NCBI GenBank assembly: GCA_026416875.1
Contig: JAOAEI010000001.1
Span: forward strand, 16 to 64,015
Source of the DNA: Caloramator sp.
GTDB taxonomy: Bacteria > Bacillota > Clostridia > Clostridiales > Caloramatoraceae
Length of the DNA: 64,000 bases
Direction: 5' to 3'
The translations under genes and the position numbers were made by a program. The notes beneath the pieces are model-generated. The model saw only the letters and a program-made list of their open reading frames with translations. It did no database searches and was not told the origin of the DNA. Below, in pieces: positions 47,160 through 57,987 of this stretch (position 1 is the first letter of the stretch; each line of letters opens with the position of its first letter).

Positions 47160-48097
47160 ATATTTTAGCCAATATTTTTTTAATTTTAATTGTATTTATA
47201 GTTTTAATTGTTGTATTTTCCTCTATTAGGATTGTTAACACAGGTTATTTATACGTAGTTGAAAGATTTGGACAGTTCCATAGAATTTTAGAGCCTGGAT
47301 GGCATTTTATAATTCCAATTGCTGATTTTGTAAGGGCAAAGGTTTCAACAAAGCAACAAATACTTGATATTGAACCCCAATCTGTTATCACTAAAGATAA
47401 TGTAAAAATTTCAATAGACAACGTAATATTTTATAAGGTAATGGATGCAAAGGCAGCAATTTATAACATCGAAAATTATAAGGCAGGTATAATATATTCT
47501 ACTATAACCAATATGAGAAATATCGTTGGAAATATGACCCTTGATGAAGTATTATCAGGTAGAGATAAAATTAATAACGAACTATTAAGGGTAGTTGATG
47601 AAATTACCGATGCCTATGGAATTAAAATACTTTCTGTTGAAATTAAGAATATAATTCCACCATCTGAAATTCAGCAGGCGATGGAAAAGCAGATGAAGGC
47701 AGAAAGAGATAAGAGAGCGGCAATACTTCAGGCAGAAGGTGAAAAACAAAGTGCTATTGCAAAGGCAGAGGGATTAAAGCAGGCTAAAATTTTAGAAGCG
47801 GAAGCTGAAAGGGAAGCAAATATAAGAAGGGCAGAAGGACAAAGAGAAGCACAGCTTCTTGAAGCAGAAGGAAGGGCTATGGCAATAAGAAAGATTGCAG
47901 AAGCTCAGGCAGAAGCGATAAATCTTGTAAATAAGGCTATAATCGAATCAGGAACAAATGAAGTAGTTATAGCTCTAAAGCAGGTTGAGGCTCTACAAGA
48001 GATGGCTAAAAATCCAGCAAATAAAATTATTCTCCCTAATGAAGCAATTTCAAGTCTTGGAAATATTGCGGCAATTGGAGAGATGCTTAAAAAATAA
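47156..48097 (+). CDS. SPFH/stomatin-like (QmcA) protein
   Basis: VVERFG, ITKDNV, AMEKQMKAERDKRA, AEG repeats. Confidence 0.93.
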   Translation: MNILANIFLILIVFIVLIVVFSSIRIVNTGYLYVVERFGQFHRILEPGWHFIIPIADFVRAKVSTKQQILDIEPQSVITKDNVKISIDNVIFYKVMDAKAAIYNIENYKAGIIYSTITNMRNIVGNMTLDEVLSGRDKINNELLRVVDEITDAYGIKILSVEIKNIIPPSEIQQAMEKQMKAERDKRAAILQAEGEKQSAIAKAEGLKQAKILEAEAEREANIRRAEGQREAQLLEAEGRAMAIRKIAEAQAEAINLVNKAIIESGTNEVVIALKQVEALQEMAKNPANKIILPNEAISSLGNIAAIGEMLKK

Positions 48098-48106
48098 AAG
48101 GGATGC

Positions 48107-50407
48107 TCAGCATCCCTTTAAATATTTTGTTTCGAATTCTTCCTTACATAAAGGCTTGTCGATAAGATACCCCTGTATTTTTTCAACATTTAGTCCTCTT
48201 AAAATATTAAGTTGTTCTTCACTTTCAACACCCTCAACGATAACACTCAGTTTTAAGGAGTTGGCCATAGAAAGAATGGCCTTTATTATTTCGATATTTT
48301 TTTTGTCATTTATATTGCTTATAAGTGATTTATCAATTTTTAATATATCTACTGGAAGCCTAGTTATATAATTTAAAGAAGAATAGCCTGTTCCAAAATC
48401 ATCTATTGCAATATTTACATTTAATTCTTTTACTCTACTTAATATTTCTGTTACCAACTCTAGATCTTCTAAAGCCTCTTCTTCAGTAATTTCAAGAGTT
48501 ACATCCTGAGGAGGAACATTAAATTTGGTTATGGTGTTTTTAACAAAATCTATGAAGTTTTCGTTTATAATTTGCCTAAAGGATGTATTGATTGAAATCG
48601 AAAAATCTTTCATGCCTGAATCTATCCAAATTTTACATTGTTTGATTGAATTGGCTAAAACTAAATTGTCTATATCAGGAAGTAGTCCTAACTCTCTTGC
48701 AATCGGAATAAATTGACTTGGTGGAATGATCTTGTTGTCTAAATTTAATCTAACTAAGGCTTCAGCTCCACAAACTTTATTTTCTTTTAAACTGTAAATA
48801 GGTTGATAGAAAATAATAAACTCATTATTTTCTATGCATTGCTTTAATTTATTGCTTAAAGTTAAATTTGTTAAGGCCCTTTCGTTTAATGCAGAATTAA
48901 AATATTGATATTTTAATTTTTTCTTCTTAGATTCATACATTGCTATTTCAACATTTTTTAACAAACTCTGTAGAGTAGACCCATCTTTAGGAAACTCCGC
49001 TATACCAATAGATGCTTCGATATATAGCTTATCTGATTTTATAAGCAGAGGTTTTGACAATAAATTGATAATATCATTAACTATATTTTGAATTTGAAAA
49101 TCGCTTCGTAAGTTTTCTACAATGATTAAAAATTCGTCTCCTCCGATTCTTGCCAAAAATTTATTTTTTCTTATGTTATTTTGTAGTTTTTTAGATAGAT
49201 ATTTTAAAACTGCATCGCCTAAATCATGGCCATACATATCATTTATATTTTTAAAATTATCTATATCAAGCAAAATAACATGAAAAGGCCTTTGAACGTT
49301 TATTAAATCCTCTATATATCTTATAGCCTTTAATCTATTAGGAAGTTGGGTTAAATTATCGTGGTATGCAAGGTAGTAGATATCATCTAGGCTTTCCTTT
49401 AATCTCTTTGATGTTTTTTCTAATTTATTAAGCATTGAATTTATATCTATTGAAAGTTCACTAATTTCATCGTCTTCTTTTGTAATTGGTATTCTTAAAT
49501 TAAGATTTGAGGTTTCGGATATTTTATTAATTGTATTTTTAATGAGTAATATTTTATCAAGAACGGATGCTTTTAAACGCTTAATAAAAATTAATATCGA
49601 TGAAATAATTAATATAAGTGAGAGCAAGAAAAACAGTTTAAGATTTTTAATCGTTTCGGTATAGAAAATCCTTTTAAATTTAACTTTAAAAGTTATGGAA
49701 GGTTTTTTAAATATATCGAAAAAGGTTTTGCTGGAGAAAATATAATTGTTATTGATTTCTAAGGAGTTATTTATTGAGTTTACTACATCAATGGAGGCTA
49801 TATTTATTGCTAATTCGTTGTTTATGTTTTTTATTTCTTCTCTATTTATATATTTACCTATAATAAAATAACCATTACTCAATGCTGAAACTTTACTGTT
49901 TTGAATATTTTGGATAACAAGAATTATAGGTGTCTTATCTATAGCTTGTATTCCAACTGTATCGCTGCGAATAGTAGATATATAATCTTTAATTGTAGGC
50001 AAAATCCTAATCTTTATTGTTTTATTGATAAGTTCATCATAATAGTTGCTGTGATGATATCTTTCATAAAGAATATCTCCCTTTTTATCAAGAATAAATA
50101 AAAAATTGACTTCATTTTTATCAAAAATTCCCTCGTAGGAAAAATTATTTTTTATATATTCATCATTTTTTGTCTCTACAAAATTATAGGTATCATCCCA
50201 TTTAGCATAATCTTGAGCTATATCAAATAAAAGCTTGCATTTTCTATCAATATATATTTCTAATCTATTTACTCTATCATGAACCATTTTCATTTCAAAC
50301 GTTGTAAGAGGGTCTATGATATATTTTTTTGATATAAATAAAGTAAACATAAAAAATAAAATTGCAATATAAAAAATATCTCTGATTAGCTTTCTTTGTA
50401 TCTTCAT
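48107..50407 (-). CDS. CHASE4-HAMP-GGDEF-EAL diguanylate cyclase/phosphodiesterase
   Basis: DYAKWDDTYNF (CHASE4), DEISEL...IN.M (HAMP), RIGGDEF, EAL, DDFGTGYSS. Confidence 0.92.
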   Translation of the reverse strand: MKIQRKLIRDIFYIAILFFMFTLFISKKYIIDPLTTFEMKMVHDRVNRLEIYIDRKCKLLFDIAQDYAKWDDTYNFVETKNDEYIKNNFSYEGIFDKNEVNFLFILDKKGDILYERYHHSNYYDELINKTIKIRILPTIKDYISTIRSDTVGIQAIDKTPIILVIQNIQNSKVSALSNGYFIIGKYINREEIKNINNELAINIASIDVVNSINNSLEINNNYIFSSKTFFDIFKKPSITFKVKFKRIFYTETIKNLKLFFLLSLILIISSILIFIKRLKASVLDKILLIKNTINKISETSNLNLRIPITKEDDEISELSIDINSMLNKLEKTSKRLKESLDDIYYLAYHDNLTQLPNRLKAIRYIEDLINVQRPFHVILLDIDNFKNINDMYGHDLGDAVLKYLSKKLQNNIRKNKFLARIGGDEFLIIVENLRSDFQIQNIVNDIINLLSKPLLIKSDKLYIEASIGIAEFPKDGSTLQSLLKNVEIAMYESKKKKLKYQYFNSALNERALTNLTLSNKLKQCIENNEFIIFYQPIYSLKENKVCGAEALVRLNLDNKIIPPSQFIPIARELGLLPDIDNLVLANSIKQCKIWIDSGMKDFSISINTSFRQIINENFIDFVKNTITKFNVPPQDVTLEITEEEALEDLELVTEILSRVKELNVNIAIDDFGTGYSSLNYITRLPVDILKIDKSLISNINDKKNIEIIKAILSMANSLKLSVIVEGVESEEQLNILRGLNVEKIQGYLIDKPLCKEEFETKYLKGC

Positions 50408-50511
50408 GCCTTATCCTCCAAAAGTTAGTATATGTATATTATATAATAATTTGTTTTTTATGAAAATAATAATGTTGAAATTTATTGAAAATTATGATAG
50501 TATTTTATTAA

Positions 50512-50523
50512 GGAAACGTTTCC
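50512..50523. promoter_or_regulatory. LacI-family operator
   Basis: Perfect palindrome GGAAACGTTTCC directly before the RBS of the lacI-ABC-GH65 operon. Confidence 0.75.
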
Positions 50524-50536
50524 AAGGAGTGATTAT

Positions 50537-51547
50537 ATGTCAGTTACAATTAAGGATGTAGCTAAAAAAGCAGGAGTAGGTTTAGGAACTGTATCAAGGG
50601 TATTAAATAACCATCCTTCAGTCTCTGAGGAAACAAGGAAGAAGGTTTTAGAAGCTATTAAGGAGCTTGATTACAATCCAAGTGCTATTGCAAGAAGTTT
50701 AAAAGTAAAATACACAAAAACTGTTGGTGTTATGATCCCTGATATATCCAGCGCCTTTTATCCTGATATAGTAAGAGGAATCGAAGATATAGCAAATGAG
50801 TATAAATATAACATAATACTTTTAAATACAGACCTTAAAAGGGAAAAGGAAAAGGAAGCCCTTATAATGCTTAAAGAAAAAAAGGTTGATGGAATCTTAT
50901 TTATTAGTAATACCATAAGCGAAAAATTAAAAAGGGACTTTAAGAAGATAAATATACCTATAGTTTTAATAGCAACAAAGGACGATGGAAGTGAATTTTA
51001 CAGCGTTACTATAGATAACGAAAGGGCAGCCTATGAGGCTACAAAGTATTTAATAAAATTAGGTCATAAAAAAATTGCTATGCTTGCAGGGAAAAAGGAT
51101 GACCCTAATGCTGGAATTCCAAGAATAAACGGATATAAAAGGGCCCTTATTGAAAGCGGCCTAAAGGTTGATGAGAATATCATATTTTACGGTGACTACA
51201 AGTTTAAAAGTGGCTATCAAAATATGCTAAAGATTTTAAAACTAAAGGACAAGCCTACTGCAATTTTTGCAGCTTCAGATACAATGGCTGTTGGTGCTGC
51301 ATCCTGTGCGATGCAACATGGATTTAAAGTCCCTGAGGATTTTTCAATTGTAGGCTTTGACGGCATAGAACTTGCAGAATATTTTTATCCTCCTATAACT
51401 ACTATAAAGCAGCCAAGATACGAGATGGGAGCAAAGGGAATGGAGATGCTCATAAAAATACTTCAAGAAGAAAATGTAGAAAGGGAAGTTAAACTCGATT
51501 TTGAATTGATTGAAAGAAGCTCTTGTAAAGTAAAGGGGGAAAGTTGA
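50537..51547 (+). CDS. LacI family transcriptional regulator
   Basis: TIKDVAKKAGVGLGTVSRVLN; sugar-binding domain. Confidence 0.93.
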   Translation: MSVTIKDVAKKAGVGLGTVSRVLNNHPSVSEETRKKVLEAIKELDYNPSAIARSLKVKYTKTVGVMIPDISSAFYPDIVRGIEDIANEYKYNIILLNTDLKREKEKEALIMLKEKKVDGILFISNTISEKLKRDFKKINIPIVLIATKDDGSEFYSVTIDNERAAYEATKYLIKLGHKKIAMLAGKKDDPNAGIPRINGYKRALIESGLKVDENIIFYGDYKFKSGYQNMLKILKLKDKPTAIFAASDTMAVGAASCAMQHGFKVPEDFSIVGFDGIELAEYFYPPITTIKQPRYEMGAKGMEMLIKILQEENVEREVKLDFELIERSSCKVKGES

Positions 51548-52404
51548 TGAAATTTATCAAAAAGTATTATTTTGAACTTCTATTAATTTTACCTCTAGCA
51601 ATTTATATACTCGGTTTTACAATCGTCCCTATTTTAAAGACTATTTTATTAAGTTTTCAAGATAAGAACACAGGGGCTTTTGGATTTTCAACTTATCAGT
51701 ATCTTTTTGCTAAAAAGGATTTTAATTTGGCAATATTCAATACAATTGCAGTTACAATTGTAGGACTTACATTTCAATTAGTAGTAGGTTTGTTTATTGC
51801 GATGGTCCTAAAATATAATTTCAAAGGGAAAGGATTAGTAAGGTCGCTGGTATTGCTTCCAATGGGAGTTCCAACATTGGTATCAGGTGTTACGCTATTA
51901 TACATTTTTGGAACACAAGGGTATCTGAATGAACTATTATATAAGCTTGGAATAATAACAAAACCAATAGCCTGGACTTCAGGAGGTATAAAAAACATAT
52001 TCGTCATAGCATTTGCAGATTCATGGAAGGTGTTGCCTGTTGTAGTATTGCTTCTTTTAGCTGGCTTGGAATCGATTCCAAACGATGTTTATGAAGCAAG
52101 TGCAATCGACGGTGCATCAAAAACTCAAACATTTTTCTATGTTACGCTGCCTCTTTTAAAACCCTCCATTACAATGACTATGATATTAAGAGCTGTAGAT
52201 TCATTTAGAATATTTGAACTTCCAAAAATTTTAGCAGGTAGAGTAACTCCATTCCTAGCAACCTATGCCTACGATGAATATTCCTACAACAACTTAAATG
52301 CATCAGCAGCAGCATCAACGATACTGCTACTTATCATAATAATATTCATGGTATTATACTTTAGATTTGTCGATAGAGGGGAGGGTGTAAAGGGTGAAAA
52401 GTAG
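51547..52404 (+). CDS. carbohydrate ABC transporter permease
   Basis: EAA loop YEASAIDGAS; 6 TM helices. Confidence 0.92.
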   Translation: MKFIKKYYFELLLILPLAIYILGFTIVPILKTILLSFQDKNTGAFGFSTYQYLFAKKDFNLAIFNTIAVTIVGLTFQLVVGLFIAMVLKYNFKGKGLVRSLVLLPMGVPTLVSGVTLLYIFGTQGYLNELLYKLGIITKPIAWTSGGIKNIFVIAFADSWKVLPVVVLLLLAGLESIPNDVYEASAIDGASKTQTFFYVTLPLLKPSITMTMILRAVDSFRIFELPKILAGRVTPFLATYAYDEYSYNNLNASAAASTILLLIIIIFMVLYFRFVDRGEGVKGEK

Positions 52405-53215
52405 AAAATTTATAAGTAAACTTTTCTTCTACCTTGGAATAATACTTATAGTTTTATTTATGACAATTCCTGTATATATACTTTTTAGAGTTTCCTTTGC
52501 TGTTCCAGAGGATGTTTTAACATCCCATCCAAAGTTTTTAATTACAAGATTTGAGTTTAAACATTGGGAGCAGGTATTTAGGTCAGGAAATCTTTGGCCT
52601 CCCCTTTATAAGAGTTTCATAGTTGCGACGTTTACAATGGTTCTAGCCTTGATTATTGCTGCGCCTGCTTCCTATGCGATCTCTAGGTTCGATAGGAAGA
52701 TCAAATATGCAATAATATTAACATTGTTCTTCACAAGGATGTTTCCTAATGTAGGTATAGCACTGCCAATATCTGTTACCTTTTTAAAGTGGAACCTTAT
52801 GGATACAAATTTGGGACTTGTTATGGCCCACCTTATAGAGCAGCTGCCGTTTATTGCATGGATATTGGTTTCAACCTTTGAAACAATACCGATCGATCTT
52901 GAGGAGGCAGCATCTATAGATGGTGCAGGGAGATTAAGAACTTTACTTAAAATAGTTCTTCCAGTTGCAGCACCTGGTCTTGCAGTTGCAGCAATGTTTA
53001 CATGGCTAAATTCATGGAACGAGTTTACCTATGCACTTTACTTATCCCTTACAACTAAAACACTGCCCCTTCAAATATACTACTACGTATTAAGAGGTGG
53101 TTTTTTCCAACAGGCAGCCTACTCAACCATACTTACAATCCCTGTATTAATTATCACCTTTGCACTACAAAGATATATAAGATCGGATTATCTTGGGGGA
53201 GCTATAAAGGGTTAA
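52394..53215 (+). CDS. carbohydrate ABC transporter permease
   Basis: LEEAASIDGAG, SWNEF, GAIKG C-terminus. Confidence 0.92.
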   Translation: MKSRKFISKLFFYLGIILIVLFMTIPVYILFRVSFAVPEDVLTSHPKFLITRFEFKHWEQVFRSGNLWPPLYKSFIVATFTMVLALIIAAPASYAISRFDRKIKYAIILTLFFTRMFPNVGIALPISVTFLKWNLMDTNLGLVMAHLIEQLPFIAWILVSTFETIPIDLEEAASIDGAGRLRTLLKIVLPVAAPGLAVAAMFTWLNSWNEFTYALYLSLTTKTLPLQIYYYVLRGGFFQQAAYSTILTIPVLIITFALQRYIRSDYLGGAIKG

Positions 53216-53260
53216 AAACTGCCTTAGGCAGTTAATATAATCTTATTAAAAGGGGGAATC

Positions 53261-54493
53261 TTGATGAAACTCAAAAAACTTGTAGCACTTACTTTATCTT
53301 TATTTGTTGTTTCAGGTTTTTTCGCAGGCTGTGCTAAAAAGGAAGCTCAGCAGCCAGCAACATTAAGAATTACAATGGGTCTTGGTGAAGAGGAATGGAA
53401 GGTAATGAGGGAGGATATATTCCCAGCCTTCGAACAAGCAAACAACTGCAAAATCGAAGCTATTCAAGTTGAATCAGGAGATGTTATAAAGAAGTTAGAA
53501 GCTATGAAACAAGCAGGTAAGATGGAAATAGACCTTATTGCGCAAGATAATATGGCTCTTGCACCCCTTGTAGAAAAGGGACTTGTTGAAGATATTTCAG
53601 AATTCAGAAGCAGAATTCCTGCTGAAATAATTCCTTCACTTGTTACTGTTGGTGAATTTGATGGAAAGCTTTACTTCTTCCCATTTAGACCAAACGTTGA
53701 AATTAACTTCTACAATGAGGCTAAATTCAATCAATATGGACTAAAGCCTCCAACAAACTGGGATGAATTATTACAAGTTGCAAAGACATTAAAGGAGAAA
53801 GAAGGCGTTGGTAAGGTAGGCATTAAAGCTGTATTTGACGGAAATACAACTGTTCAATTATTTGAATTCATAAGACAAGCAGGTGGGGATCCACTTGTTC
53901 TTAACGATGAAGGAAGCATAAAGGCATATACATTTTTAAAGGAACTTTGGCCATACCTTTCACCAGATTCATTAAAGGCTGATTGGAACACAACCAACAG
54001 ATTTATAGCAGAAGAATCAATGTATCTTGCAGCTAACTGGCCATTTGGTGTTAACGTAATCGTTAAGGACGGCGGAAAGAAGGAAATTAAGGCTTACGGT
54101 GGATTTGCAGGGCCAGTTAAGGCTTCAAAGGTTCTTGGTGGAGACGTTCTTGGTATACCAGTTGGATCACCAAATAAGGAACTTGCGCTTAAATTCATAG
54201 AATACTTAATGTCAAAGGAAGTTCAAGAAAAGCTTGCTTCAAAGCTTGGTTGGCCATCAGCAAGAACAGATGCCTACGGTCAAGTAGAAGATTGGCAAAA
54301 GCCATACTTTGATGCTATCAACGAAGCTATGAAGGTTGCTGAACCAAGACCAAACCTTGTTTATTGGGCAGATGTTGATAAGGCCCTTAACGATGCCTTA
54401 AAGGAAATAGTTATCGATGGCAAAGACGTTAAGGCTACATTAGATAAGTATCATCAAAAGATTGAAGAAGCAAAGCAAAAAGCAGGCAAGTAA
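53261..54493 (+). CDS. sugar ABC transporter substrate-binding lipoprotein (probably trehalose)
   Basis: Lipobox FAGC; PTNWDEL, LGGDVLGI; operon context. Confidence 0.88.
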   Translation: MMKLKKLVALTLSLFVVSGFFAGCAKKEAQQPATLRITMGLGEEEWKVMREDIFPAFEQANNCKIEAIQVESGDVIKKLEAMKQAGKMEIDLIAQDNMALAPLVEKGLVEDISEFRSRIPAEIIPSLVTVGEFDGKLYFFPFRPNVEINFYNEAKFNQYGLKPPTNWDELLQVAKTLKEKEGVGKVGIKAVFDGNTTVQLFEFIRQAGGDPLVLNDEGSIKAYTFLKELWPYLSPDSLKADWNTTNRFIAEESMYLAANWPFGVNVIVKDGGKKEIKAYGGFAGPVKASKVLGGDVLGIPVGSPNKELALKFIEYLMSKEVQEKLASKLGWPSARTDAYGQVEDWQKPYFDAINEAMKVAEPRPNLVYWADVDKALNDALKEIVIDGKDVKATLDKYHQKIEEAKQKAGK

Positions 54494-54526
54494 AAATTTG
54501 GCATGTCCTATGACATGCCAAATTTT
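54493..54526 (+). terminator. stem-loop after the SBP gene (terminator or mRNA stabiliser)
   Basis: AAAATTTGGCATGTC-CTAT-GACATGCCAAATTTT. Confidence 0.7.
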
Positions 54527-54550
54527 AATAGATAGAAAGGAGATGCTGCA

Positions 54551-56875
54551 ATGAATGAAATAAAAAATGAGCTTTTTATTGATGAATGGAAGGTAGTTGA
54601 GAAAAGATTTAATTTAGAGGACAGCCAAAAAAATGAAACTATTTTCTCAATTGGTAATGGTTATATTGGAATGAGGGGAAATTTTGAAGAAGGCTTAAAG
54701 GATAAAAAATACACAGTAGAAGGAACATATTTAAATGGATTCTATGAAACCCATGAAATAAAATATGGAGAAAAGGCATATGCCTTTCCAGAGATAGGCC
54801 AAACTATGTTGAACGTCTTAAATTCAAAGGTTGTAAAAGTTTATGTTGATGATGAAGAGTTTAATATGATGGAGTCAGAAATTTTAGATTATGAAAGGAT
54901 ATTAAACCTTAAAGAAGGAATACTTACAAGAAGGGTTGTTTGGAGGACAAAGACAGGTAAGGAACTAGAGCTTAATTTTGAAAGACTAGCAAGTTTTGAT
55001 GATAAACATCTTGCAGCAATAAGAGTTTTAATCAGACCTTTGAATTTTAGTGGGAAAGTTAAATTAACTTCGTTAATCGATGGAAATGTTAAAAACCTTA
55101 CTGCTGAAGATGATCCAAGGGTAGGTTCAGGACTTTCAGGAAGATCCATTGAAATAGTAGAAAAAAATATAAATGGTGATGAATTTTCAATTTTTGCAAG
55201 GACTAAGAATTCAAATTTTAAATTATTATGTGCAGCAAAAAATTTGATTACAACAGAACAAGATTATGCAGCAAAGAACATAGAGGATGAATTTAAAATT
55301 GGAATTGAATATGAAATAAATGTGATGGAAAATAAACAGACAGAATTTATTAAATATATATCTTATACAACAACGAGGGACTATGATGACATTGAGCTTT
55401 TTAAAGTCAAGGATAGGGTGTTAAAAAGGGCTGTTGAAATAGGATATGAAAATATCAAGAAAAATCAAATAGAATATATGAGAAGATTTTGGGAAGGTGC
55501 AGATGTTGAGATCGAAGGGGATGATAAACTTCAGCAGGGAATAAGGTTTAACATGTTCCATATCCTTCAATCAACAGGTAAAGATTCAAAGACCAATATT
55601 GGTGCTAAAGGCCTTACTGGAGAAGGATATGAAGGGCACTATTTTTGGGATACAGAAATGTATATCATTCCAATGTTTATATACACAAAACCTGAAGTTG
55701 CGAGAAAATTATTGGAATATAGATACAATACATTAGATAAAGCCAGGGAAAGGGCAAGGCAAATGTCCCACAAAAAAGGTGCACTTTTCCCATGGAGGAC
55801 TATAAACGGCGAAGAATGTTCGGCTTATTTTCCGGCTTCAACCGCTCAATATCATATAAACGCTGATATAGCCTATGCTATTAAAAAATATTATGAAGCA
55901 ACTTTAGATGAAGAGTTTTTAACAAAGTATGGTGCAGAAATATTGTTTGAAACTGCAAGGATTTTTGAGGACATTGGGCACTACGTTGAGGGAAAGGGCT
56001 TTTGTATAGACGGAGTTACAGGCCCGGATGAATACACAGCTATCGTTAACAATAACGCATATACAAATCTGATGGCAAAGGACCATCTAAGCTTTGCAGC
56101 TTATGTAGCAGAATATTTAGAAGAACATTATAAAGATGAATTTAAAAGGATAAAAGAAAAAATAGAACTTGATGAAGAGGAAATAGCAAGGTGGAAAAAG
56201 GCAGCAGACAACATGTATATTCCATATGATGAGAAGTTAAAAATACATCCCCAGGATGACAGCTTCCTTAACAAAAAAGTCTGGGATTTTGAAAATACCC
56301 CAAAGGAAAATTATCCGCTACTTTTACATTATCATCCTCTTGTAATTTATAGGCATCAGGTTTGTAAACAGGCTGATTGGGTTCTAGCCCTATATTTACA
56401 CAGCGATAAGTTTACAAAAGAGCAAAAAATTAGGGATTATGAATATTATGAAAGGGTAACAACCCATGATTCATCTTTGTCTCCCTGCATATTCAGCATT
56501 GTTGCCTGTGATATAGGATATATAGACAAGGCTTATGACTACTTTATGAGAACAGCAAGGATGGACCTTGATGACCATCATGGAAATACGAAGGATGGAA
56601 TCCATGCAGCGAATATGGCAGGATCATGGATGGGTATTGTAGCTGGCTTTGGTGGATTTAGAGCCTTTGGCGATGAAATTTTATTTAATCCAAGGATTCC
56701 AAAAAACTGGAATAGGTATTCATTTAAGATAAACTACCGACAAAGACTTATAAAGGTCGATGTAAATAAAGAAAAAGTAATATTACAATTGATAAAGGGT
56801 AGCCCTATAAAAGTTAAATTATATGATAAAGACATTCAGCTTAAGGATAAAATTGAAACAAAATTAGCGGACTAA
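54551..56875 (+). CDS. treP: GH65 phosphorylase, probably alpha,alpha-trehalose phosphorylase
   Basis: KGLTGEGYEGHYFWDTE, ECSAYFPA.TAQYHINADI, GPDEY, KQAD, HDSSLS; recalled as closely resembling Thermoanaerobacter TreP. Confidence 0.8.
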   Translation: MNEIKNELFIDEWKVVEKRFNLEDSQKNETIFSIGNGYIGMRGNFEEGLKDKKYTVEGTYLNGFYETHEIKYGEKAYAFPEIGQTMLNVLNSKVVKVYVDDEEFNMMESEILDYERILNLKEGILTRRVVWRTKTGKELELNFERLASFDDKHLAAIRVLIRPLNFSGKVKLTSLIDGNVKNLTAEDDPRVGSGLSGRSIEIVEKNINGDEFSIFARTKNSNFKLLCAAKNLITTEQDYAAKNIEDEFKIGIEYEINVMENKQTEFIKYISYTTTRDYDDIELFKVKDRVLKRAVEIGYENIKKNQIEYMRRFWEGADVEIEGDDKLQQGIRFNMFHILQSTGKDSKTNIGAKGLTGEGYEGHYFWDTEMYIIPMFIYTKPEVARKLLEYRYNTLDKARERARQMSHKKGALFPWRTINGEECSAYFPASTAQYHINADIAYAIKKYYEATLDEEFLTKYGAEILFETARIFEDIGHYVEGKGFCIDGVTGPDEYTAIVNNNAYTNLMAKDHLSFAAYVAEYLEEHYKDEFKRIKEKIELDEEEIARWKKAADNMYIPYDEKLKIHPQDDSFLNKKVWDFENTPKENYPLLLHYHPLVIYRHQVCKQADWVLALYLHSDKFTKEQKIRDYEYYERVTTHDSSLSPCIFSIVACDIGYIDKAYDYFMRTARMDLDDHHGNTKDGIHAANMAGSWMGIVAGFGGFRAFGDEILFNPRIPKNWNRYSFKINYRQRLIKVDVNKEKVILQLIKGSPIKVKLYDKDIQLKDKIETKLAD

Positions 56876-57889
56876 AAAAGCCTTTAATGTGCTTAAAAAT
56901 AAAAAGATTAAACTGATTATCCCATAAAGTGGATAAATTAATCTTATAAGGTTGGAAAAGCTGATAAAAGCGAAGGGAATTGAAATTGATATTATTATGA
57001 TTGTTGTCTGGCTATAATTAAGCTTTAATAAACTTTTTAACCTGTTTGAGAGGGAATAAATATCGCTAATTTCAGTCGATATCATTTCAAGCCATATAGC
57101 TATTAAAAGATTGATGGGAAGTATTTTGCCGTAAAATCTTGCAATGTATATATTTGGTATTTCTTTGCTAAAACTTTGAGGATAATAACATAAAAGGGAA
57201 TAATTTATTATAATAGCGATAAATGTCAGTATCAAACTCCCTAATATGGAGCCTTTTATAAAGGCTCCTTTATTTTTTATTTCATTCATCATTGGAGTAA
57301 AAACTCCAACTAAAGACATAATATTAAAGGAGGCATATAAAACAGAAGATACTATCCAGTTGGTTTTAAAGGGTCTGTAAATATCTATAACATGATAAAA
57401 TGTATTCTGTTCCGAAAAAAATACTAAAATGCCAAGTATTATTATATTAATTGTTGAAAAGGGAACAACAAGGGAGTTAAATTCAATAATACCCTTGGTT
57501 GAAAAAAGGGAAATTATAAGAACTACTACACAGACGAATATTACTGAAATTCTTTTATCAATATGGAAATATTCATAGAGCATGGTAGCAGAACCTGAAA
57601 TCATAATAATATTGCTGGAAAATATAAAAAAAGTATAGATAAAATCGCTGAAAAAGGAAAATCTTCCAAATATAAAATCTAAAAAATCCTTATATGATTT
57701 AAACTTAAATTTGCTTGACAATTCTATTATTATTGTAGAAAAAAATATATAAAGAAGTAGACATAAAATTATTCCCCAAAAGCCACAGGTTCCATAAACG
57801 GTAAAAAACTGCAATATCTCCTGACCAGAGGCAAGTCCAGCACCTATAATAGTTCCAACAAACACAAAGGCAATCTTTAATATGTTCAT
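56864..57889 (-). CDS. YkvI family membrane protein
   Basis: GTIIGAGLASGQEILQFF, FSNLIRLIYPLYG. Confidence 0.85.
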   Translation of the reverse strand: MNILKIAFVFVGTIIGAGLASGQEILQFFTVYGTCGFWGIILCLLLYIFFSTIIIELSSKFKFKSYKDFLDFIFGRFSFFSDFIYTFFIFSSNIIMISGSATMLYEYFHIDKRISVIFVCVVVLIISLFSTKGIIEFNSLVVPFSTINIIILGILVFFSEQNTFYHVIDIYRPFKTNWIVSSVLYASFNIMSLVGVFTPMMNEIKNKGAFIKGSILGSLILTFIAIIINYSLLCYYPQSFSKEIPNIYIARFYGKILPINLLIAIWLEMISTEISDIYSLSNRLKSLLKLNYSQTTIIIISISIPFAFISFSNLIRLIYPLYGIISLIFLFLSTLKAFLVR

Positions 57890-57987
57890 TTTATCACCAT
57901 ACTATTATTACAAAACTATATTTATGAAAAAAACCTAATAATAATGAATGCTTTGAGGAAAAATAAATAAAAAAGGTAGGTGATGAT

